36,267 nt of DNA from positions 62,001-98,267 of the forward strand of contig NKIB01009642.1 in the NCBI GenBank assembly GCA_002256025.1, written 5' to 3'. Shown here in pieces: positions 18,575 to 27,363 of this stretch (position 1 is the first letter of the stretch; each line of letters opens with the position of its first letter). The notes beneath the pieces were generated by a model. That model was not told the DNA's origin. It did not search any database and worked only from the letters and a program-made list of their open reading frames with translations. The position numbers and the translations under genes are program-made. The stretch comes from Asterionella formosa. Taxonomy: Eukaryota.

Positions 18575-21500
18575 ATGGAGCCAACAAAAAGCGGCCAGGA
18601 AGTTGACGAGAACATTTCGCTGGCCACCGAGGTTACCGCACGTAATGCTGTTGGGCAAATTCTTAGCGTAGGCGATGCAACAGCGGTGACCCTCCTCTTA
18701 TCGGACTGGTCTAATTTCGGCTTGTCAGAACGAGTTTGCTACCACTTCGACTTGATCGAAACGCTCCAGGCTGCGTCGGGAGACCATGTTATAAAACGAG
18801 CAGTCACAGAAAGTCCAAGCTTGTCGTTACACATCGGTACCAAAGTCTGTGGAGTCGCAGCTTTGCTGGAGTGTATCCCATCTCTTTCTGTGAACCAGTT
18901 GACAAAGCGACAGAGAAAGACCCTGAAGAACCTAATAAAGCAATTCAATGACGAGGCACTGACCGTACAAACTGAGAAGAGATTGGCATGCCATCAGCCA
19001 TCGTATCTGCCCCTTCCATTGAATCCGATTACACGGCTAGCTTGTGCATACGAGCTAACAAAAGTTGCATTTTGTTTAGATGCGTCGCCCACCTTGGTCT
19101 CTATGTTTGGTGCAGGCAACGACAACGATGTATGTTGCTCACTTGATCGTCTACCTGAAATGGTGAGAATTTTCTTCATGTCCATGATAGAACCGATTGT
19201 TTTGCCGTACATGGGGGGCAACCAAACAGGATGGACACCAATTCTAGCAGTGACAGTTATTGCCGTGTATCCCAGAGGCCCTGATACGTCCAACAGTAGT
19301 TTGCTTGTTCGAGATTTTCGTGTTTACGATAGAAATTCAGCTTTGGAGATTTCTAAAAAGATTGGAGAATGGGCCTTGGGAGAAGTGGAAAGTCAGATCT
19401 CAACGAGGCTGAGCAGCCGGGGCGCCGCATCTGCTTGTGATGGCTATGATTCTTGGACCATCCCGAAGTACTCGACTAATTTCCGTGATGTACTGGAGGC
19501 TGGAGATGTAGCTCTCAGTCTGCTTCCAGTAGAAGCTCGTCCATGTATCGTCGTTGCGACTGATGCCAGATCGGTTGCGTGCGACGGAATCTTGGACTTG
19601 TTCGCTGACAACCGACGACATGATACTCCCCTGTTTCTGCTTGATTTATCCGCATCAAAATCACATCTTCGGACTGGAATTCTTACAAACGAAGGAACAT
19701 GTAGCGATTCCAGTCTCCTTTTGTATGATCCTGGTGGGTCGTCGGCATTCCCATTGCATTTATCTGACGATAGCGAATCACTTTATGGGATCTGCAAGGC
19801 AACGGGGGGAGCCTTCTTTGACATGGAGCTACTCATCGAAGCTGCAAATAATCTCGCAGGGCAGCTGCCAGATAGATCTCCGCTCGCTGCAGATCAATAC
19901 CTTGTCAACCGACGACGGACAATGAAACCGAATGCTCTGCAGTGGTATGTCTTGTTCTCCTTGTCTCCACTATCGCCGGCCCCTCACTCGTCTTGGGGTA
20001 AATTGGTCCCACCCTCATATCTTCGGAGAATGGCAATGTATGGAAGGGAGGCACCAAGCTTGCTTGAAAAAGTGGAAAATCAAGCGCGAGAGAGACCCGA
20101 GAGACTCTCAAGTGCTGACTCAACCTTGTCCCGTCGACAACCATCTCGCATCACTTTTAGTACATATGTTGTCTCTCCGGTTCGAATCAAGGTGTTGCTT
20201 TTGGCCAGAATTAAAGAGGGTTATCGTGCCAAACAATACGGGCAAAGTACAATGGAGAAGAACAAAGTTTCAATACAGATGACTCTGCCTCTTGAACTTG
20301 GAACTGTTTTGCATTATGAGGTTCAGTACACATCACTAGTTGGTGGTGATCCCATGGTTGGTGTTGCTCATGTTAAATTGGAACTGTCTGGAGAATCAGG
20401 ATACATTCAGCTTGTGAAGACTAATTTTTTGTCGACCGCCACGAACTTGCCCCAGCGTTGGTCAACGATTGCTCAAGGTTCGTCAGCTCGATTGTGTAAG
20501 TACCTACGATGGGTACGGAAGGAAGATCTCCTGCAATCTCTCTTATGCATTATCAGTTGGAAAAATACGCTATCAAGCGACGATTCTCCATTTTTAAGGA
20601 GATTGAGGGCACTATCGTCCCTTCAACTTGGACGATTCTTCAGGCGAAACGAATTCGATGTAATATGCAAATATCGGGTGCCATATACTTGTGACGATAA
20701 TACAAAGCTTAGCGAACTCATCGATCTCGAAAATTGTGAAAGAGAATTGTACAATGCTCTCGGGGAATGGTCGAATCAAGTTGTTTTGGCAAGAAGTAGT
20801 TACGTCAAAATTATTTCGAACCCTGGTGGGTTTTCGGAGTATGCTATTGTCCATATCAATCGATCGCCACGGGTATCTCGTTTGTTCAACGTAACCATTG
20901 ACACTTTATCAGGCACAGATACTAGTGATCGTCTGATATTGGTCGAATCTCTCAAGGAAAGGCTTTCATCGCTGAAAGATATTATCTGTCTGGACTTTAT
21001 TATTGACTGCTTCTTAACCGGCGTTCAGCAATCTTCGACCCGAGATAGTTTGCTTGCAGATCATTTCAGTCACGAAAGTTGGGACTTAGCAAAGCATCCA
21101 GAAATACTACCGCTGATCACGAAACGACGAAATGAGATTGCAAAATTTTGGCTTCTTCATTCGTCCGATTCCTATGCGCGTTTTGCAAGGCTTGTTACTG
21201 CTGAGAGGGACGTGGGTGGAATATTAGACACATACTTAGATGAATACCAAATTGAAAGCTGTGAAGATAAAGTAGTAATCAATATGCACGTTGAGCGAGA
21301 CAACGGACGCTTTTTTTGCTCAAATCCTAAAGGATCGCCCGAAATCACGAGAGCGCATCGCCTTTTTGTGAGCGTAAAACGCCGTGACCAAGAATGCGGG
21401 ATCGCACTTCGAAGCCGAACCAAACTATTGGGAATACTTCAACCTGAAAAGCCCGAGATGTTACATCCTGATATCCAGGTAGAGTGTCTTGAACGCCTTC

Positions 21501-24500
21501 TGGCATACGCGGCAAAGCAAACACGAAAACTGAGATTTTTTGGGCAACCTGCAATTACTGCCAATCGCATTTTGGAGGAGCTCACAATTGATTTGATGCT
21601 TTCAGACTATTTTGATGTCAATGTTATAAAGCTTAGCATTAGCTCCGATGCAATTGTTGCTGGCGAGAAACCAGGCGCTTGGTTTCTCATTAACTTTGAT
21701 CGGCGCACCCTTATTATTGTCCATATCACTCTCGTCGAGAAGGTAGAGGAAGGACCTGAAGAAATGGGTGCAAAATCTTCCTATCGAGAGCTGACTTTCT
21801 TTACGATTGGGATTAGTGATCTTTACTGTCCTCGAGATGACGTTGCCGACGACGAGTCTGTAAATGGGCAGATCATTGAGCATCTAGGTGTTGAGGGTCA
21901 AATTGCCGACGCCATCGAGGCCGCTCACGGGAGAAATTTCGCCAAAGCAGCATACTCGGCCCTTTGTGTTGACAAAGGAAACGGATTTTCTCCGTTCTTA
22001 GCAAGTCAAGACATCCAGTATGCGTTGAGCTTTTGTGATTTTGTGGAAGTTGCCAACGTGTTCATCCCCATATCGTCAGAGGAAACGACGACAAACGATG
22101 TTGTTTCCTCATCAAAGCTCGGTAGAATATTGGGGGAAGTACTTGCCCCACTACCAGGAAACCCGATCACTCAATTTTATTTCCCTCGTACAACTGAATC
22201 CTTGCGAGACCATTTGCACTCTAGAAGCTTTTTGTTTCATGACAGTGACGATTCCTATTATTTAATCTCTGATGATTCTAGCGACGACGCTACTGAATCC
22301 GGTGGTGCTGCTCCTCGCTTGACCCACGACGAAGATATTAATATGAGTGAGGACGGCTCAATAGTTTTGGAAAATCCTGAGATGTTCATTGTAGCGCCTC
22401 CTATTTTTGTAAGATTTGTCAGCGACGACGGGCATATTTTCTCTTTACAAGAACTTTCGGAGGTGCAAGGTATAAGTCTGAGGATTTTAATTCCCATGTT
22501 TAAAAATCTCGATCCTTCGGCCGTTCCAAAGGTGGTCCAGACTCCACATGATGAGCATCCTCATTTCAAAGTGGTAAATGAGCTGGAATCAATTTTGAAG
22601 GCATACGTTGCAGAACAGACGCTCGAGAGATTGCGAAGACTCGGCATTGCCATTGATGAATCCGGTATAAGATCAGTCCAGCGATGCTTGCGGAAAGCAA
22701 GAAACGTCATTTCTGATTTTGTCGATATTCACTTCTATACTTCCAAGTCTGACACACTTATTACCGCTTCTGAAGCCGAGGGCAACGAAGCAGCGTTAGA
22801 AAATGGCTTTGAGCTGTTGTACTCTGAACTGTCTGCAAATCTAGCGATGACTCTTCGCGATGCCTCCCAAGACACATTCTACGTTGTCGACACTGAAGAA
22901 GCCAGTGATCGTAGAATGAAATATTGGTGTTTTATTAGCTTGAAACGATCATTTGGAGGATGTACAATCGAAGTGTTTCACCCAAGCGGGTCCGAAAAAG
23001 CTTCAGCTGTATTGTCTGCTGCTCGTTTTGTGGTTAGCCAAACAGGAAAGAGGGTCAATCAGCTCCTTTTGTTGAAAAACTTGCATATGAGTCGAGTAGC
23101 AAGTTCACTTCTGATCTCCGATGAATGTGCAGACTTTGTAAGCGATGGATCCAGGGAAAATGATACATTCGGCTCAAATTCATTCGCTTGTCCAATAAAA
23201 TTTACGTCCACTTTCAAACTATTCCACCGATGTTCAGCAACCCAAATGATTCTTGCAGTAGAGGCAACTGTTCTTCATAGTTTTGCAGTCTCAAATCGAC
23301 GAGGGTTCTTTGTATACAAAGACGAAACTGGTGCTATCTTCTACTTGAATCTTAGTCCAGTTTCTAGTTCTGCGTTGAACGAAAATTCAATTGAGTTGAA
23401 AGTCTATGGAGTGGAAGAACCAGGGCCGTCTATTACACAGCAATTGAACGAAATTCTTCAGAAGAGATTGTTGTCACTCTCGGTGGATACATTGTCGTCA
23501 TTGTTGACGAAAAATCCCAATTTCAACTGGAAGAAAGAGGACTTGCAACTTATCCGTTCCTTCCGCCGTAGTTTCTCGGTCTTGGGCGAAGGCGATGAAG
23601 TTCAAATCAACAGTGAAGACAGCATTTACGAGTTTCCCGAACAAGTCTTCGATCCACTCGCTGTTCTCCTTTACTTCAAACAGAACTTATGTGGTTCCAC
23701 TTTCTTTCACAGGCTCCAAGACCAAAATTCTGAGCAAGCCGAAATCGACGCCATGCTCACAATTCAGGGGGAGGGTTGTTGCTCCGGCTTTGGTCTGGAG
23801 GTCAAGTTTGACCCCTCTGAGTTCAGGTTTTTTTACAACAACGCCCCATCACCCTTAGATCCGGGCTATGAACACCTTTCCACGCTCACCTTGAAAGGTT
23901 CGGAATATGCCAGAATGGCTGGTAACGGAATCGCTCTCATTGAGCTGACATTGGTTGACAAGCAGGGGTATGATATTAGCAATATCAATGTCGGACTGAA
24001 TATTGACAAAATGAGAAGTTCTCTAGATTCGTCTCTCATTTCTTTGCGAATGAGGAAGTTGGCACATGACGGCAGCATAGTGCTGCAGTCGTCATATGGT
24101 GTTCGTGTCCGCATCGTAGACACTGCCATGAATCGGATTGCCTTACACAGGTGGATTCAACTTACACTTGACCAAGTATTAGTTAGTTGGTCGATGGAGC
24201 GCCACATTGAGCGAGTCAGCAAGAAGTTGCTTACTACCGATACTGTTTTGAAGAACAGACAGGAAAATCAAAGTAGTTATACGATACGGGAGCGGCAAGC
24301 CATTTTGGATCAATTGTGTCCAGGCTTACAAACTTTTTTGTTTATGTGCCAGTCGTCGTACAACTTGCCCCATCCCGCAATTGACCAAGTGGAACATCAC
24401 GGCGTTATTAAGGCTTCGTCTGTTGCCACACTGGCTTTAAGTATGCTGGATAGGAACGTCATGGGAGCATTAGTAAAGAGTGGAACACCATGGACGAACC

Positions 24501-26938
24501 GAAATGTAATCATTGTTCGTATGTCTCGAGAGCAGCGGCCAAAGCTAGTGAGCTTAAACTGGGATGCATCTCATCAAGTTGCTCGCGTTCACGAGCTTGG
24601 ATTGGATAATCCACCAGAGTTCAAGGATTTTCCGATTGACTGTCCCGAGTATATTTGTTTCTACTGTCATCAGCGATACAGTGCCGACGAAGGTAATGCT
24701 AATAGTGTACTTTCCCTCCTTTTGAAAGAAGTCATGGTTGACACAAAACTCAGCGAAAGCAAAAGTCGCCCCTTCACATCTGCTATGCAATTTCTCAAAG
24801 AAAACAATCCATCCGTCTTTATGAGATCCCTTGCTTTTGTTCTTATTGTGAAGCGAAATAGGCGATTATTGCTAACTTATAATTGGGATCCGCGAATACT
24901 TGTCGACGTAAAGGCTCGGATAAAGGAGGTTGAAACGTCTGCCACTTCGTCGTTTGGTTTATCCTTACACACACAGCAACGCAAATGCCTAGGCGCTTTG
25001 TCTCCCCCAGTGGCAACAGGTCGCTTTCTTAAAAAAACTGTGAATGTGGCAAAATCTGATAAAGGGAAAGATAGTGCCGACAGAATGCCTGAGAAGGGTC
25101 TAAATGTCAACAACAGTATCGCGAAGCCAGCTTTGCATAGCGCTGGCACAATGAAGACTCATGTTCGACGAATTCAGCGTCCTACAATGATCCGGAGGCC
25201 AACACTCGTCGGGAAGTCTGTGGAAGGTGCGGCAGTACAAGCAGTGGCAGCGTCGAGGGCACGAGCGAGTTCAAATCGTTTCTCGCACCCAACTTTGGCA
25301 AACAAATCTGTTTTGAAGGACGGAAGTAGCACTCGACGGCAAAGCAATGTTAGCGACGACTCCATTCGCAAGGCAAAAATCAGGGATGGTGAAGACCAAA
25401 GCACCTTTGGGCAAAAGAAAGAACGAGTTGCTACAGAGGCTGAGGTAGTGGGACTGTTTGGTGCTTATGATAACACCAATTCTTTGGCGAGGATCCCTCG
25501 ACCGACGAATACGCTATTGCAGAAAATTTGGATAGATCCATCCATCCAGGCCCTTTCTTTTGCGATGAGAAACTTTATCCTAATGCAATCGACAAAATTA
25601 TGTATTGATACAGTTGAATTGTTGTTAGCTCTCCCTCGTTTCGACAATCACGATGTACTTTCATCCTTTACTGATTTCCTGCAGATGCAATTTCCTGGCC
25701 TTCGAAGTCTTCCGACAAAGGATGGATCGAGTCAATGTGAGACTTTGACTTCAGTTTTTCTCCTGATCCAACTTAAATTAGCGAAATGCGTTGTTTTTCG
25801 ATTGCAACTGTCAAAAGAAAAACCTGGCAAACGAATTGTCCGTCTGGATACATGGCTCTTACAGCTTCCGCCATCGAAGACGAAGAAGATTCGGAAACGG
25901 AATCTGCCAATGGCCGAGACAATTTGTGCAGCCGCTGATAACCAATTGGCGGCTTGTCAAAACGCATTTAACCTCGACGTTCAGTTTTTCAACTTTTCGG
26001 GGCATCTAATTGAGAAATTAGTTGAAAGCGAAAATTCTGAGTCACGATGGCACAACGCTCTGATCCTGTTGCAGCAGCTCGTTGAACACCATTCTTATGA
26101 GAAACAACATTATTTGTGGGGCTTGTGTTACAACGTTTTCGAGGCTACCATTGTACTTGCTTCATACAAGAGCAACATCATTGATATGTATGACGCACAG
26201 CAACTTTATGACAGCTTAAATTCAGGACCAGACATGGTAAATATGATGCGCTGTGGACCTGATTCCATGTGCTTCCTCCCGAGAATACTGGCAAATGGAA
26301 CGATTTCCTTTTGCTTTCTTCTTCGCGAACCTAGAGTCACCAAAAAACTGAAGTTGCTTATTTTGTGTCGTAACGAGGGACGAAACATTGAGCACTACAT
26401 GTTTCCAGATGGTTCAAATGTTGCTGCAAAGATTGTGAATGTGATTATTGTTCAAGCCGCCAGACTTACATACGACGCCTTAGAGCTGGCAGGAAATAGG
26501 GTGCGGAGAATGGCACTGTGGGAATCGTTTACAGTCAAACGTCGAGGGCACAGTCCTACGGTGACGGACTTCGAGGATTTCCTCGACACAGCATTTTCCA
26601 GGTCACTGTTGCAAATAGATGAGGTGTTGAAGTCTTTCTCAGTCGCCGACAACGAGATGAGTACGAATTGGTCACTCTTGGTAACTTGTATGAAGAAAGA
26701 TAATGTTTTCCTTCCATTCTGGTCGTTTTTGGTCAAAGGATCAACAAAGTTAATTTTCTACATCGGCTCCTTAGACTGTTTTCTCATGTTCGATACACTT
26801 GAAAGAACTGAGACTGAGATTGTTGATATGAAAATCTTGATTCAGGAAGCTGCCTTGGAAAGCCAGCAAGCGAAGGCATTCCAATTGGCACAGATCATCA
26901 CCAACTACATTTTATACTTCACGTGGCAAACGACGTAA
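18575..26938 (+). CDS. SZT2: SZT2-like protein (KICSTOR complex scaffold), 2787 aa, single ORF
   Basis: SZT2-type motifs occur in the expected order: LTKVAFCLDASPTL (vWA-like start), LLARIKEGY, FAVSNRRGFFVYKDETGAIFYLNL, LKVYGVEEPGPSITQQLNEILQKRL....VDTLSSLLTKNP......EDLQLI, and LLTYNW. The size is consistent. Confidence 0.85.
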   Translation: MEPTKSGQEVDENISLATEVTARNAVGQILSVGDATAVTLLLSDWSNFGLSERVCYHFDLIETLQAASGDHVIKRAVTESPSLSLHIGTKVCGVAALLECIPSLSVNQLTKRQRKTLKNLIKQFNDEALTVQTEKRLACHQPSYLPLPLNPITRLACAYELTKVAFCLDASPTLVSMFGAGNDNDVCCSLDRLPEMVRIFFMSMIEPIVLPYMGGNQTGWTPILAVTVIAVYPRGPDTSNSSLLVRDFRVYDRNSALEISKKIGEWALGEVESQISTRLSSRGAASACDGYDSWTIPKYSTNFRDVLEAGDVALSLLPVEARPCIVVATDARSVACDGILDLFADNRRHDTPLFLLDLSASKSHLRTGILTNEGTCSDSSLLLYDPGGSSAFPLHLSDDSESLYGICKATGGAFFDMELLIEAANNLAGQLPDRSPLAADQYLVNRRRTMKPNALQWYVLFSLSPLSPAPHSSWGKLVPPSYLRRMAMYGREAPSLLEKVENQARERPERLSSADSTLSRRQPSRITFSTYVVSPVRIKVLLLARIKEGYRAKQYGQSTMEKNKVSIQMTLPLELGTVLHYEVQYTSLVGGDPMVGVAHVKLELSGESGYIQLVKTNFLSTATNLPQRWSTIAQGSSARLCKYLRWVRKEDLLQSLLCIISWKNTLSSDDSPFLRRLRALSSLQLGRFFRRNEFDVICKYRVPYTCDDNTKLSELIDLENCERELYNALGEWSNQVVLARSSYVKIISNPGGFSEYAIVHINRSPRVSRLFNVTIDTLSGTDTSDRLILVESLKERLSSLKDIICLDFIIDCFLTGVQQSSTRDSLLADHFSHESWDLAKHPEILPLITKRRNEIAKFWLLHSSDSYARFARLVTAERDVGGILDTYLDEYQIESCEDKVVINMHVERDNGRFFCSNPKGSPEITRAHRLFVSVKRRDQECGIALRSRTKLLGILQPEKPEMLHPDIQVECLERLLAYAAKQTRKLRFFGQPAITANRILEELTIDLMLSDYFDVNVIKLSISSDAIVAGEKPGAWFLINFDRRTLIIVHITLVEKVEEGPEEMGAKSSYRELTFFTIGISDLYCPRDDVADDESVNGQIIEHLGVEGQIADAIEAAHGRNFAKAAYSALCVDKGNGFSPFLASQDIQYALSFCDFVEVANVFIPISSEETTTNDVVSSSKLGRILGEVLAPLPGNPITQFYFPRTTESLRDHLHSRSFLFHDSDDSYYLISDDSSDDATESGGAAPRLTHDEDINMSEDGSIVLENPEMFIVAPPIFVRFVSDDGHIFSLQELSEVQGISLRILIPMFKNLDPSAVPKVVQTPHDEHPHFKVVNELESILKAYVAEQTLERLRRLGIAIDESGIRSVQRCLRKARNVISDFVDIHFYTSKSDTLITASEAEGNEAALENGFELLYSELSANLAMTLRDASQDTFYVVDTEEASDRRMKYWCFISLKRSFGGCTIEVFHPSGSEKASAVLSAARFVVSQTGKRVNQLLLLKNLHMSRVASSLLISDECADFVSDGSRENDTFGSNSFACPIKFTSTFKLFHRCSATQMILAVEATVLHSFAVSNRRGFFVYKDETGAIFYLNLSPVSSSALNENSIELKVYGVEEPGPSITQQLNEILQKRLLSLSVDTLSSLLTKNPNFNWKKEDLQLIRSFRRSFSVLGEGDEVQINSEDSIYEFPEQVFDPLAVLLYFKQNLCGSTFFHRLQDQNSEQAEIDAMLTIQGEGCCSGFGLEVKFDPSEFRFFYNNAPSPLDPGYEHLSTLTLKGSEYARMAGNGIALIELTLVDKQGYDISNINVGLNIDKMRSSLDSSLISLRMRKLAHDGSIVLQSSYGVRVRIVDTAMNRIALHRWIQLTLDQVLVSWSMERHIERVSKKLLTTDTVLKNRQENQSSYTIRERQAILDQLCPGLQTFLFMCQSSYNLPHPAIDQVEHHGVIKASSVATLALSMLDRNVMGALVKSGTPWTNRNVIIVRMSREQRPKLVSLNWDASHQVARVHELGLDNPPEFKDFPIDCPEYICFYCHQRYSADEGNANSVLSLLLKEVMVDTKLSESKSRPFTSAMQFLKENNPSVFMRSLAFVLIVKRNRRLLLTYNWDPRILVDVKARIKEVETSATSSFGLSLHTQQRKCLGALSPPVATGRFLKKTVNVAKSDKGKDSADRMPEKGLNVNNSIAKPALHSAGTMKTHVRRIQRPTMIRRPTLVGKSVEGAAVQAVAASRARASSNRFSHPTLANKSVLKDGSSTRRQSNVSDDSIRKAKIRDGEDQSTFGQKKERVATEAEVVGLFGAYDNTNSLARIPRPTNTLLQKIWIDPSIQALSFAMRNFILMQSTKLCIDTVELLLALPRFDNHDVLSSFTDFLQMQFPGLRSLPTKDGSSQCETLTSVFLLIQLKLAKCVVFRLQLSKEKPGKRIVRLDTWLLQLPPSKTKKIRKRNLPMAETICAAADNQLAACQNAFNLDVQFFNFSGHLIEKLVESENSESRWHNALILLQQLVEHHSYEKQHYLWGLCYNVFEATIVLASYKSNIIDMYDAQQLYDSLNSGPDMVNMMRCGPDSMCFLPRILANGTISFCFLLREPRVTKKLKLLILCRNEGRNIEHYMFPDGSNVAAKIVNVIIVQAARLTYDALELAGNRVRRMALWESFTVKRRGHSPTVTDFEDFLDTAFSRSLLQIDEVLKSFSVADNEMSTNWSLLVTCMKKDNVFLPFWSFLVKGSTKLIFYIGSLDCFLMFDTLERTETEIVDMKILIQEAALESQQAKAFQLAQIITNYILYFTWQTT

Positions 26939-27363
26939 AGTTATTAATCATTTGTGATGTGCCCCGTATCTTCTCGTGCGAACCAGCGGAATCGGACGAA
27001 CACTCAGATTTTTAAATTGTGATTTCTCATGAATTGTGGGCTGCGAATATTAAAGGAATTCATCAATCCTTATACATTAAGTTTCTGGAGGGAAGTGACA
27101 ACACACGGAATGGACTACGTTGATACTGATGGGACTTAATATACCTTGGAGTACATTCTCTCATTTCATGTGCCACACCGGCAACATCGCCCTTCAACCC
27201 TCTGTTTATACTCAAAATGATGTGGGGTTACCCCAATGGGCTACTAATGAGTGGCACTGAAATCAGATCCCACGAGTCCTTGCTTGGGTTACAAAAGGTC
27301 ATTGTAAGGTGATTCATCTACCATGACCATTCGAACTCCCTCCGTCTCCCTCTAGGATGAATG

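Noticed and set aside
18736..26736. Many short ORFs overlapping SZT2 on either strand
   Set aside because: Shadow ORFs of a long coding sequence with no independent motifs.
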